The position numbers and the translations under genes were made by a program. The notes beneath the pieces are model-generated. The model searched no databases. It was not told the DNA's origin and was given only the letters and a program-made list of their open reading frames with translations. Source: Nitrospinales bacterium (GTDB taxonomy: Bacteria > Nitrospinota > Nitrospinia > Nitrospinales > VA-1). From it: 64,000 bases of DNA. This document shows positions 9,700-18,879 of this stretch, one piece after another. Numbering within the stretch: position 1 is the first letter of the stretch; every line of letters starts with the position of its first letter. The stretch covers positions 2,436,030-2,500,029 of the forward strand of contig CBDCXL010000002.1 of assembly GCA_965223795.1 (NCBI GenBank). Reading direction: 5' to 3'.

Positions 9700-9894
9700 A
9701 TTCATGGAAAATGCGGGAAAAATCAGCATTTTAAATGCCCTGAAACCCCACGCCGAAAATTAAAAAAATTAATTTTTACAACGGCTTGACACTCCCACTG
9801 GCCGGTTTTATTTGACTCCCAGAGAGCTTGGGCTTCCTCGTAGAAGTACCCGGCGACAATTCATCAAATTCATTTGAAAGAAAGGAGGTCGTTT

Positions 9895-10404
9895 ATGAGA
9901 ACGACGCAAATGGCCCCCCATCCTTTGAATGGCAATGGTGAGGCCGCCCGTTCAACCGCCGAGTCGGATTTTTCCTGGTTTTCGAAGGAGTTCGATCGGC
10001 TATTCAATCATTTCCCTCCCAGAATCGCCGATTTTTTCAACAAACGGACGCTCCTGGATTCTCCGTCGCTGCAACCGGTCATGGATGTGCGCGAGATGAA
10101 GGACCACTGGCGCATCGACGCGGAACTGCCCGGTGTGGACGAAAAAGACCTGGAGGTCACCGTTTGCGACGGCGTTTTGATCCTCAAAGCCGAAAAACGG
10201 CCCGTGGACCTGAGTGACGCGGAATGCCGGATTTACAGGCAACAGAGGGTGTTCGGTCCGATTCATTCGACGCTGCCGCTGCCAGCAGAAATCGATCCGG
10301 ACAAGGTCAAAGCCCGGCTCCATCAGGGTGTCCTGACCGTCACCGTACCCAAAACCAAAAAAGCACAAGAGAGCAGACGAAAAATCGCTATCGGCACCGG
10401 CTGA
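9895..10404 (+). CDS. small heat-shock protein, Hsp20/alpha-crystallin family (cytoplasmic type)
   Basis: The ATG at 9895 follows AAAGGAGG. The alpha-crystallin domain reads PVMDVREMKDHWRIDAELPGVDEKDLEVTVCDGVLILKAEK...RQQRVFGPIHSTLPLPAEIDPDKVKARLHQGVLTVTVPK. Confidence 0.9.
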   Translation: MRTTQMAPHPLNGNGEAARSTAESDFSWFSKEFDRLFNHFPPRIADFFNKRTLLDSPSLQPVMDVREMKDHWRIDAELPGVDEKDLEVTVCDGVLILKAEKRPVDLSDAECRIYRQQRVFGPIHSTLPLPAEIDPDKVKARLHQGVLTVTVPKTKKAQESRRKIAIGTG

Positions 10405-10516
10405 TTGTTCGCTGTTCGACTCAATCGTTTAAATCGCATCGCTCCCGGTATGCGCCGCGAGGCGTCCGGCTGCGATGAATTCATATTCAACCTTTGTATT
10501 TTTTCGGAGGTGTGTC

Positions 10517-10609
10517 ATGGAACCGACTTCCTTGCTGATGGCTGTTATGGCAGGAGTCGCTGCCATCGGCTTCGTGAGTTTTTTCAGCACGGGTCTTTTC
10601 AACGAATGA
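10517..10609 (+). CDS. possible 30-aa single-helix membrane peptide
   Basis: Not in the ORF track because it is under 60 aa. GGAGGT lies 5 nt before the ATG. The product MEPTSLLMAVMAGVAAIGFVSFFSTGLFNE is followed by a 10-bp hairpin. Confidence 0.35.
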   Translation: MEPTSLLMAVMAGVAAIGFVSFFSTGLFNE

Positions 10610-10619
10610 CCCGGACTCA

Positions 10620-10645
10620 GGCGGCTTCCTGCATGGGAAGCCGCC
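10620..10645 (+). other. strong GC hairpin without a U-tract
   Basis: GGCGGCTTCC (10620-10629) pairs with GGAAGCCGCC (10636-10645), 10 bp perfect with a 6-nt loop. No T-run follows it. Confidence 0.4.
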
Positions 10646-10958
10646 GCATCGATGCCGCCATTCCATGACATGTTTCGAATCAATAGGAGTCCGATACCAA
10701 TGCCTATGTCTGCTGAGAATGAATTTCCCGCTCAAGTTGAAAACGAAACCCGCTCCGCGTTCGGCAGCGAATACCCGCAGTCCTTTCGCATCCGCAGACC
10801 CGCAGGCTCATCATTGTGGCTCAAGCGCAACGCAAGGCGCAATCCGGCGGGCTACCGGCACTGGAAAGATTATGTCAGCCGGTTTGAAGCGATGGCGGGA
10901 TGAAGGAGTGCGCGGTCGAACCGGCGTAAAAATGGAGTTCAATTCAATGGGGGCCACC

Positions 10959-11453
10959 ATGAAAACAATCACAGCCATGTTTGCCGGCGTCCTCATCATG
11001 ATGAGCGCCGGTGCCGTCCAGGCGGAAACCGCACGCCCGGTTGCGTATGGACCGGATGTTTTGTGCCAGGAATCGGGATTCAACGACTCCCTGGCGGGTT
11101 TACCGATCGGCTATTTCGGCGGGACCCTGCCTCGCGTCGACGTGAGGGAAACCCCCGAACGCATTCAGGTGTTCGCCGAAGTTCCCGGGTTGGGCAAAGA
11201 AGATATCGAGTACTTCATTCAAGACAACAAACTGACCCTGCGCGGTCAAAAGCCACGAGTGCCGGAGTCTTCGTCCGTAGAGAAATGGCATGCCTGCGAG
11301 CGGGCGTTCGGAGGCTTCGAGCGGATCGTTCCCATGCCGGTTCCCGTGGATGTGGATTCCATCACCGCTTCCATCGAAAAGGGAGTGATCCAGATAGACA
11401 TTGTCAAATCCATGCAGGCCCACGCGCAAACCAGGGCGGAGTCCCGGCGGTAG
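10959..11453 (+). CDS. Hsp20/alpha-crystallin family protein with N-terminal signal peptide (predicted exported)
   Basis: Within ORF 10665..11453. In-frame ATGs occur at 10932, 10947 and 10959. MKTITAMFAGVLIMMSAGAVQA|ETAR is a Sec-type signal. The ACD reads PRVDVRETPERIQVFAEVPGLGKEDIEYFIQDNKLTLRGQK...ERAFGGFERIVPMPVPVDVDSITASIEKGVIQIDIVK. Confidence 0.8.
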   Translation: MKTITAMFAGVLIMMSAGAVQAETARPVAYGPDVLCQESGFNDSLAGLPIGYFGGTLPRVDVRETPERIQVFAEVPGLGKEDIEYFIQDNKLTLRGQKPRVPESSSVEKWHACERAFGGFERIVPMPVPVDVDSITASIEKGVIQIDIVKSMQAHAQTRAESRR

Positions 11454-11531
11454 TGCGGGCCGTAAACGTTAAACAGGGAATCCTGTCATCTCATGCCATC
11501 CGTTCCGTGAATGAGTGAAAGGAGAGGTGTC

Positions 11532-11894
11532 ATGAAGAAGCGAGCGATTTTATTTTATGCATTTCTGATTTTTTTCTTAATGGCGGGCGCGGTTCAAGCC
11601 GGAGGGCCGGATGTGAATCCGGCTGCACAGAATCCAGCGGCTGCCGAGATTGAGCAGGGCAAACCGTGCGCCATGAGTTCTATAAAAAGCGCGTCCTGGG
11701 AAAATGTCGATCCCGAACTTCCGTATCTTTTGCAGCAGGATCTGAAAAGCTGCCTGGACAAATGCACTCAGGAATTCAATTCCTGCATGAACGGCGCGGG
11801 CGACAGCGATTCGGCGCAGTTTCGTTGCGGTGAAAAGCGCTGGATGTGCACCCGCAGTTGCGACAATCAGTGGGAGTCCAAACTGGAATCATGA
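11532..11894 (+). CDS. secreted cysteine-rich small protein (hypothetical)
   Basis: The ATG at 11532 follows AAAGGAGAGG. The signal peptide is MKKRAILFYAFLIFFLMAGAVQA. The mature part has 7 Cys, including the C-terminal run CLDKC..C...C...C..C. Confidence 0.6.
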   Translation: MKKRAILFYAFLIFFLMAGAVQAGGPDVNPAAQNPAAAEIEQGKPCAMSSIKSASWENVDPELPYLLQQDLKSCLDKCTQEFNSCMNGAGDSDSAQFRCGEKRWMCTRSCDNQWESKLES

Positions 11895-11975
11895 AAGCAA
11901 GAGCACGCATTAAAACGTTCAAGGGCAATTTGGGGATGACAGGGTTTTCGTTTCACTTTCAAGGAGTGAGAAGCG

Positions 11976-12617
11976 ATGAAACATTTTTACAAGCACATCA
12001 ATAAATATCTGCTGGGTCTGGTGGTGTGTCTCAGTCTGCTGGTTGGATTTCAGGCGGCGCTGCTGTACAAAAAGCCGGAGCCGCTGGCCGTGGTCACGAT
12101 GGCCCCGAAGAAAGCGGATGCAGGAATGTCCACGGGGAAACCTCCCTCCATTGCGTGGGACCCCGACCGGCAGTTTGAAATGATGCGGAAACGCATGGAC
12201 GCCATCCACGAAAACATGGAAAAGATGATGGCGCGTCCGTTCTCCGGTTTCGGCGGCAAGAATGCCGGATGGCAGGCGTTCTCCTTTGAAAATCCCTTCG
12301 CCGAGAACCTGCATTTGAAGGACGAAGGGGACCGCTACCGGGCGACGCTGAACATGCCGGGCCTGGATGATATGAGCGTCGACGTGAACGTGGAAGATCA
12401 GAGCCTGCGCATTTCCGGGACTCTGGATCACGAAGAGAAGAAACAGGACGACAAGGGCACGCGCATGCAGAGTTTTCACAAGGGGAAGTTCGAACGCTCG
12501 GTCAGCCTGGCGCATCCGGTGAAGCCGGAATCGCTCAAGGTCACGCGCGATGGCGGAAAACTCACGATCGAGGTCGAAAAGGAAACCGCTGCGTCATCGA
12601 ACCTGCCCACCGGCTGA
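11976..12617 (+). CDS. Hsp20/alpha-crystallin family protein with N-terminal membrane anchor or signal
   Basis: 213 aa with a hydrophobic N-terminal helix (YLLGLVVCLSLLVGFQAALL). The ACD reads ENLHLKDEGDRYRATLNMPGLDDMSVDVNVEDQSLRISGTL...GKFERSVSLAHPVKPESLKVTRDGGKLTIEVEK. Confidence 0.8.
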   Translation: MKHFYKHINKYLLGLVVCLSLLVGFQAALLYKKPEPLAVVTMAPKKADAGMSTGKPPSIAWDPDRQFEMMRKRMDAIHENMEKMMARPFSGFGGKNAGWQAFSFENPFAENLHLKDEGDRYRATLNMPGLDDMSVDVNVEDQSLRISGTLDHEEKKQDDKGTRMQSFHKGKFERSVSLAHPVKPESLKVTRDGGKLTIEVEKETAASSNLPTG

Positions 12618-12637
12618 CGGTCCGGGGGTGAGCGGCG

Positions 12638-14410
12638 TCAGTGGTGGTAGGCGCGGCCCGCTCCCTGCGGGATGCGGATGTCGTCCACCAGATCCTGGAT
12701 GTTTTCAGGCGGCGGCGGGGTGAACCGGCACACCAGAAGCGAAGCGGCGAAGTTGAACACCATGCCGAGGGTGCCGATGCCTTCCGGCGAGATGCCGAAC
12801 CACCAGTTCTCCGGATTGCTGGCCGCGGGGTTGATGAATTTGAAGTAGATGATGTAGGCCAGCGTGAAGGTGAGTCCGGTGATCATGCCGGTGATCGCGC
12901 CTTCGCGGTTCATGCGCTTGTAGAAAATCCCCATCAGGATGACGGGGAAAAACGACGAGGCGGCGAGCCCGAAGGCGAACGCCACCACCTGGGCGACGAA
13001 GCCGGGCGGGTGAATGCCGAACCAGCCCGCGATGCTGACGGCGCAGGCGGCGGAAAGGCGCGCGAACATCAGCTCCTGTTTGTCGGTGATGTCCGGCAGG
13101 ATGACTTTTTTCATCAGGTCGTGCGAGATCGAGGTGGAGATGACGAGCAAGAGCCCCGCCGCCGTGGACAGCGCCGCGGCCAGTCCGCCCGCCGCCACCA
13201 GCGCGATGACCCAGGCCGGCAGTCCGGCGATCTCGGGATTGGCGAGCACCATGATGTCGCGGTCGATGTACAGCTCGTTGCCGTTTCCGGTCGGCGCATT
13301 GTCGATCAGCCGCTCGCCGTTTTCGCCGCGAACGCCGAGGAACTGCGGTTTCCCCTCGAAGGCGGGTCCGGCGATGTATTGAATCTTTCCGTCCCTGTTT
13401 TTATCGGTCCAGGCGATCAGGCTGGTGTTCTCCCAGTTTTTGAACCATTCGGGGGTGGCCTTGTACTCCGCTTCCTGCACGGTGTCGAGCAGGTTGACGC
13501 GGGCGAACGCGGCGACGGCCGGGGCGGTGGTGTAGAGGATGGCGATGAACACCAGGGCGTAGCCCGCCGAGATACGGGCGTCGCGCACTTTGGGCACGGT
13601 GAAAAAGCGCACGATGACGTGCGGCAGCCCGGCGGTGCCGATCATGAGCGCGGCGGTGATGAAGAACACATCGACGGTGGATTTTTTGCCGACGGTGTAC
13701 GCGCCGAAGCCGAGCTGCTCGGACAGACCGTCGAGCTTGTCGAGCAGGTACACGCCCGACCCGTCCGCCAGTGGACTGCCGAAGCCGATCTGCGGGATGG
13801 GCTGGTTCGTCATCATCAGGGAGATGAAGATCGCGGGCACCATGAACGCGAAGATGAGCACGCAGTACTGCGCCACCTGGGTGTAGGTGATGCCCTTCAT
13901 GCCGCCGAGCACGGCGTAGAAAAAGATGATGGCCATGCCGATCAGCACGCCGGTGTCGATGTCCACCTGCAAAAAACGCGAGAAGACGATGCCCACGCCG
14001 CGCATCTGTCCGGCGACGTAGGTGAAGGAGATGAAGATCACGCAGACCACGGCCACCAGCCGCGCCACGTCCGAGTAGTAGCGGTCGCCGACGAAATCGG
14101 GCACGGTGTACTTGCCGAATTTGCGCAGGTAGGGCGCGAGCAGCAGCGCCAGCAGCACGTAGCCGCCGGTCCAGCCCATCAGGTAGACCGATCCGTCGCG
14201 GCCGACGAAGGAGATGATGCCGGCCATGGAGATGAACGAGGCGGCCGACATCCAGTCCGCCGCGGTGGCCATGCCGTTGGCCAGCGGGGACACGCCGCCG
14301 CCGGCCACGTAAAAGTCATCGGTGGACCCGGCTCTCGCGCGGATGGCGATGCTGATGTACAGGGCGAAGGTGACGCCGACGAAAATGTAGGTCAGGGTCT
14401 GGACATCCAT
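12638..14410 (-). CDS. sodium:solute symporter family transporter, large subunit (ActP-like cation/acetate symporter type)
   Basis: 590 aa and polytopic. The N-terminal signature is DDFYVAGGGVSPLANGMATAADWMSAASFISMAGIISFVGRDG...LAPYLRKFGKYTVPDF. It is paired with the small DUF4212-type subunit upstream. Confidence 0.93.
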   Translation of the reverse strand: MDVQTLTYIFVGVTFALYISIAIRARAGSTDDFYVAGGGVSPLANGMATAADWMSAASFISMAGIISFVGRDGSVYLMGWTGGYVLLALLLAPYLRKFGKYTVPDFVGDRYYSDVARLVAVVCVIFISFTYVAGQMRGVGIVFSRFLQVDIDTGVLIGMAIIFFYAVLGGMKGITYTQVAQYCVLIFAFMVPAIFISLMMTNQPIPQIGFGSPLADGSGVYLLDKLDGLSEQLGFGAYTVGKKSTVDVFFITAALMIGTAGLPHVIVRFFTVPKVRDARISAGYALVFIAILYTTAPAVAAFARVNLLDTVQEAEYKATPEWFKNWENTSLIAWTDKNRDGKIQYIAGPAFEGKPQFLGVRGENGERLIDNAPTGNGNELYIDRDIMVLANPEIAGLPAWVIALVAAGGLAAALSTAAGLLLVISTSISHDLMKKVILPDITDKQELMFARLSAACAVSIAGWFGIHPPGFVAQVVAFAFGLAASSFFPVILMGIFYKRMNREGAITGMITGLTFTLAYIIYFKFINPAASNPENWWFGISPEGIGTLGMVFNFAASLLVCRFTPPPPENIQDLVDDIRIPQGAGRAYHH

Positions 14411-14452
14411 CCCGGTTCTCCGGAAACGCAGTGTGCGCGCGGTGGGTTCAAG

Positions 14453-14746
14453 TCAATCGGCGTCGTGGTCCTCGTCCACGCCGTATTTGTGATCCAGCTT
14501 GTTCATTCGGTACGCGTAGATGAAGATGAGCGCCACGAACACGTAGATGGAACCCTGCTGCGCGAACCAGAATCCCAGGTTGAAACCGAAAAACCGGATG
14601 GCGTCCAGCTCGTTCGCGAACAGGATTCCCATGCCGTAGGAAACCACGAACCAGACGGCCAGCAGCGACAGCACGGTGCGGATGTTTTCCTTCCAGTAGG
14701 CACGGGCGTTCCGGCTGTGCGAGACGTTGTTTCCGGTTTCGTTCAT
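14453..14746 (-). CDS. DUF4212-type small membrane subunit of the solute:sodium symporter
   Basis: 97 aa with two helices. It reads AYWKENIRTVLSLLAVWFVVSYGMGILFANELD...GFNLGFWFAQQGSIYVFVALIFIYAYRMNKLD and lies immediately upstream of the SSF gene. Confidence 0.85.
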   Translation of the reverse strand: MNETGNNVSHSRNARAYWKENIRTVLSLLAVWFVVSYGMGILFANELDAIRFFGFNLGFWFAQQGSIYVFVALIFIYAYRMNKLDHKYGVDEDHDAD

Positions 14747-14804
14747 TTAAGAATCGTGGATGCTGTGGCAGGCATTTTGTGTGTTCGCTTGCAGGGCAGC
14801 GGTT

Positions 14805-15317
14805 TTAGAACTGCAGCAGAAAATCGTCATCCTGTTCTTCGTTGAGGTATTCGGGCAGGCGAGTGCTGCCGTCGATGCGCGCCGACTGGATCTGCATGGA
14901 GCTCAAGCCGGTGGCTTCGCTGAGGTCGGCGCCCGCGAGGTTAGCCTGGTCGAACAGCACATCCTCGTTGAACTGCGCCCCCGTCAGATTCGCGTTGGCA
15001 AGATCGGCGTTTTGTAAATTCGATTCCAGCAGTCCCGCGCCTTTCAGGCTCGCGTCCTTGAGGTTCGCGCTTTGCAGATTGGCTTCCTGAAGCTTGGCCT
15101 TGTCCAGCCGCGCCGCCTGCAGGTCGGCGCCGCCGAGGTGGGTGAACTGCAGCCGCGTGCCGGTGAGGCGGGCGTTTTTCAGGTTCGCCTTCTGCAGCTT
15201 GCGGCCCCTGAGATCGGCCTGGGACAGATCCGGGGTGATCTCGGGGTTGGTTTCCCGCCAGCGGTTCCAGGCCTCGACTCCCTGTTCGAGGTGTTTGAGA
15301 TGTGCTTCATCAGCCAT
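14805..15317 (-). CDS. pentapeptide-repeat protein
   Basis: Runs of A(D/N)LxX units: ADLRGRKLQKANLKNARLTGTRLQFTHLGGADLQAARLDKAKLQEANLQSANLKDASLKGAGLLESNLQNADLANANLTGAQF. I prefer the ATG at 15317 (GAGGA 7 nt upstream) over the ORF-track start at 15371. Confidence 0.85.
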   Translation of the reverse strand: MADEAHLKHLEQGVEAWNRWRETNPEITPDLSQADLRGRKLQKANLKNARLTGTRLQFTHLGGADLQAARLDKAKLQEANLQSANLKDASLKGAGLLESNLQNADLANANLTGAQFNEDVLFDQANLAGADLSEATGLSSMQIQSARIDGSTRLPEYLNEEQDDDFLLQF

Positions 15318-15429
15318 GCGTGCGTCCTCGTGCCCCGATGCGATTGTGCCATCGGGCAGCAAAGCGGTCATGATACCATTCCCGGCGGGCTTAAAGAAAT
15401 CCCTTGTGCCGAAACCGGCTGCGAGAGGA

Positions 15430-16659
15430 TTAGGGGGCGTTCTGCGGAAGGGAAGCGCCTTCTCCGGTGAAGTTGTAGGCGAAACAGCCGCTGGAACAGC
15501 GCACCATGTAATGCGGGCAGCTTTTACAGGGCTCCTTGGCCTGCGTGTCTTCGAACACGTGGCTCAGAAAGCGGGTGTGCATCTTTTTGATCGAAAGCTC
15601 GTTGACCTGGTCGAAGTCGCGCACGTTGCCCATCTTGAAGTTGTGGAAGGGGAAGCAGTTGAAGCAGTCTCCGTTGGCGTCGATGTCCATCGGGCTGTCG
15701 TCGGCGCAGCCAAAATAGAAATCCTTGTCCTGCCACTCGCGGACATCGGGAACCGACTGGCTGCCGTGATAGAGAAAGCGTTCGACCAGCGGGTACTCGT
15801 CTTCCCGGATCTCATCGAGCAGGCAGGGCGGAAACGAGCAGTCGAAGCGGAAGCTCAACTGCGGGAATTCGTTGAGCAGATCGAGCATCATCCGGCCCAT
15901 TTTGGGGTAGTGACGGATCGGCAGAGCGGTGTTGTCCTGCTCGCCCACGATGGGAAAGGCCGGGCTGACCCGCACTTTGTAGCGCTGTCCCGGCGGCAGG
16001 CCCATGTACTGGTAGATTTCGTCGATCTCACGAACCTGGGTGAACAGGTCCTGCTCGATCGAGTACAGATTGAGGCTGAACATGAGGCTGTAGCCGTTTT
16101 TTTCGATGACCGCCTCGGCCACCTCGCGGCAGCGGGCGTGGTTTTTTTCACTGATGTTTTCCATCGTCTGCCAGTTCAACAGCACAGTGAAGGTGATTTG
16201 TCTTTCCAGCGCGCCTTTCGGATCGACGGTATCCAGCAGCAGGTTGAGCGCGGAGTCGGGCATCAGTCCGTTGGTGAAGATCCCCAGATAGGAGAAGGGC
16301 TGCATGTTGTCGAGGGTGCGGTTCAAAATGTCGGTGAACCGGGGATGCAGGGTCGGTTCGCCGCCCATGAAATTGATCAGCGTGGCGCTGCGGATTCGGG
16401 GCAACAGTTCGCTCGTGAAAAAATCGAATTCCATGGATTTTCCGGGCGTCTTGACGGTCTCTTCCATGTATTCGTCCGCAAAGCAGTAGTTGCACTTCAG
16501 ATTGCAATAGCTGTTGAGAATGATGTTCAAGGCGATCCTCCTTTCAGGAGGCAGGGTGCGCTGTGTCAGGGCCGGGCCCGAAAGGTGCCGGGTTGTAAAT
16601 GCCTGCACCCAGGGGCCGGTTCGAAGGACCGCCGGGAGAAGGAATTCTGTTTCATTCAT
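15430..16659 (-). CDS. radical SAM enzyme with C-terminal SPASM/twitch-like Cys cluster
   Basis: 409 aa. The CxxxCxxC motif is NSYCNLKCNYCFADEY, followed by GGEPTL. C-terminal Cys clusters are GCADDSPMDIDANGDCFNC and CKSCPHYMVRCSSGC. Confidence 0.88.
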   Translation of the reverse strand: MNETEFLLPAVLRTGPWVQAFTTRHLSGPALTQRTLPPERRIALNIILNSYCNLKCNYCFADEYMEETVKTPGKSMEFDFFTSELLPRIRSATLINFMGGEPTLHPRFTDILNRTLDNMQPFSYLGIFTNGLMPDSALNLLLDTVDPKGALERQITFTVLLNWQTMENISEKNHARCREVAEAVIEKNGYSLMFSLNLYSIEQDLFTQVREIDEIYQYMGLPPGQRYKVRVSPAFPIVGEQDNTALPIRHYPKMGRMMLDLLNEFPQLSFRFDCSFPPCLLDEIREDEYPLVERFLYHGSQSVPDVREWQDKDFYFGCADDSPMDIDANGDCFNCFPFHNFKMGNVRDFDQVNELSIKKMHTRFLSHVFEDTQAKEPCKSCPHYMVRCSSGCFAYNFTGEGASLPQNAP

Positions 16660-16865
16660 TTTATAAGACTATTCCGGCGGAATGGATGTTTTTTCTTACA
16701 AACCGCCGGATTCCCACCGCTTTCGGAATGAGGAACCGTTCCGCATGCCGGCATTTCCGGGTTGCGCGGGATCTTGACTTGCGGCAGGAATTTCAATAAC
16801 CTTATGAATACCGCTTTACATCCCCGAGCCGGTCGGCAAGGATCGTATCCATCAACGAGGCCATC

Positions 16866-17744
16866 ATGCTAGCGTTCGCGAAAGACATCACGCACAACAA
16901 TCCGCAGCATCCTGAAGAGGAAAAAAACGACGAGCTGAAGCAATACATGGATTATCAGCGCAAGCTGGATCACGAGCGGCTGGTGTACCATTCGCTGGAT
17001 CACGCGAAAAGCTATCTGCAGCAGAACATTCAGGACAGCGCCGGAGACGCGGAAAAACTCGGAAAGTACCTCAAGCAGGCGTTCCCCAATTCCCACCGGT
17101 TCGCGGACGCCGACAGGCTGATGCTGATGCTGCGCAAGCTGGTCAACGGCCACAACTCCACCAACAACTGGTACCGCATGAACAGTTATTACCTTGCGGT
17201 GGTGTACGACAGCATGAAGCGGTTTGTGAAGATCTACAACCGCCTGCTCAATGAGTACCCGGAGAAGGCGAAGGAGTACCGGGTTTCCGAGGGGGTGGAA
17301 GTGGATTTCGACGACTGGGTGTATCTCTATTTCCCGGATCTGGATTTCCACATCGGCAAGCCTCTGGAGTACACGCATTACCCCTTCGCCAAGCGCAACA
17401 AGGCCATCGAGCAAGAAGTCGACAAAAAAGTGGCCGCGGGCGAATCCCGCGAGGAAGCCCTGAACGCCATCAAGGAAGAATACGAGATCGACAACATGTC
17501 GATCCGGCTGTTGCTCAACAAAGCGGCCGGCCCAAAAGAACTGGAGCTGTTTTACACTTCCGTCGAAAACCCCATCTACGAATACCTGATGCCCAAACAG
17601 GAAGGGCGCTGGGGATTCATGGACGGGGAATCCCTGCTGGATCATTCCTACTACATGGGCTCGCAGCTCAAGGTCTGGGTATGGAGGAAGCGGGAAGAGG
17701 TGGAAGCGATCATGGAAGAGATCAGCAAGGCGCAGAACAAGTAA
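16866..17744 (+). CDS. hypothetical acidic cytoplasmic protein (no family recognised)
   Basis: 292-aa ORF with GAGG 6 nt before the ATG. Composition is consistent with coding sequence. It is divergent from the radical SAM gene. Confidence 0.7.
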   Translation: MLAFAKDITHNNPQHPEEEKNDELKQYMDYQRKLDHERLVYHSLDHAKSYLQQNIQDSAGDAEKLGKYLKQAFPNSHRFADADRLMLMLRKLVNGHNSTNNWYRMNSYYLAVVYDSMKRFVKIYNRLLNEYPEKAKEYRVSEGVEVDFDDWVYLYFPDLDFHIGKPLEYTHYPFAKRNKAIEQEVDKKVAAGESREEALNAIKEEYEIDNMSIRLLLNKAAGPKELELFYTSVENPIYEYLMPKQEGRWGFMDGESLLDHSYYMGSQLKVWVWRKREEVEAIMEEISKAQNK

Positions 17745-18143
17745 TTCCCCCCTTTAAAATCCACGCGCTCACCCCATCGGGTGCCCCCTTTCGCGACGTG
17801 GTATTTCTACGACATCCATAGGAAGCATCGGCCAGCCTGTTTTGGCATTCCCCGCGATATTTTTTTTCCCGCCCAGGGTCTATTTTTAAAGTGTCTCAAG
17901 GATGAATGAGACTGCGGAAATGCAAAAGCGAATCCACACGCATCCGGTGCCACACCGGGAATCGTTTCCGGAAAGACACGCAGCACGGTTCACAAGTGCA
18001 TTTCGGCCGGTAAGGATATCGGACTTTAGCAATGGCAGGGCCCGCCGGTTCCGGTTCTCTAAATAATCCCGGCGGATCTTCTGAGATAAGGAATGGGCGG
18101 GTCCTCGCCAGATGAAATTCAATTCATGGATAAGGAGGGCAGC

Positions 18144-18539
18144 ATGGAAAAGGGAAAAATCATGATCGTCGATGACGAGCGGGAATCACGGGAAGCCTTG
18201 AAACTGAACCTGATGGAGGACCACTACAACATCATTGAAGCGGAAAACGGCCTGGATGCGGTGCAAAAGCTCGAATCCGGCGACAACCTGGTGAATCTGG
18301 GTCTGATCCTGTGCGACATCAACATGCCGAAGGTGAACGGCCTGGAGTGCATGCACTATATGCGCGAGAACGCGCCGGGGATTCCCATCATCGCGATCAC
18401 CGGGCACCCGGATACAGGCATGGCCACGGATTTGATCGCGCACGGCATCAAAGACTATCTGATCAAACCCGTGGAAAAGGAAACACTGCGCACCACGGTA
18501 AAAAAATGGGTGACCGCGGGAAAAGAATTCGACTACTGA
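18144..18539 (+). CDS. single-domain response regulator (CheY-like receiver), paralog of 741..1136
   Basis: The ATG at 18144 follows TAAGGAGGG. It reads KIMIVDDERESRE, LILCDINMPKVNGLECMHYM and YLIKPV, and is collinear with the 741..1136 product. Confidence 0.9.
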   Translation: MEKGKIMIVDDERESREALKLNLMEDHYNIIEAENGLDAVQKLESGDNLVNLGLILCDINMPKVNGLECMHYMRENAPGIPIIAITGHPDTGMATDLIAHGIKDYLIKPVEKETLRTTVKKWVTAGKEFDY

Positions 18540-18651
18540 GACTCGCGGGAAGTTCCGGTTCCTGCTTTCAAAATACGGGAACCGGGACGTGCCAAATTCA
18601 CAATGCAGCCTAAATTATAAATAGAGAATTATTTCGGGAGGCTTGAAGACC

Positions 18652-18870
18652 ATGAAATGCAACGTGGGAAAAACCGATCGGATTTTCAGAGTGATCGCCG
18701 GCCTGGTTTTGATCGGCGCCGGATTTTACACCGCAGGGACCGTGGGCTGGATCCTGGGCATCGTCGGCCTGGTTCCCCTTTTGACGGGAGCGACGGGGTA
18801 CTGCCCGGCCTACGCCCTGTTCAGGATCGACTCCTGCAAACGCGGGGGCAATCCCCTGCATCACGCTTGA
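18652..18870 (+). CDS. DUF2892 (YgaP-like) small membrane protein
   Basis: The ATG at 18652 lies 10 nt after GGGAGG. MKCNVGKTDRIFRVIAGLVLIGAGFY...GLVPLLTGATGYCPAYALF is the typical DUF2892 pattern. Confidence 0.75.
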   Translation: MKCNVGKTDRIFRVIAGLVLIGAGFYTAGTVGWILGIVGLVPLLTGATGYCPAYALFRIDSCKRGGNPLHHA

Positions 18871-18879
18871 GGCGCGGTC

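Noticed and set aside
12641-14845. 734-aa plus-strand ORF
   Set aside because: It is antisense to the well-supported symporter genes. The translation is dominated by R, G, D, H and E runs typical of the reverse frame of GC-rich coding sequence, and it has no motifs.
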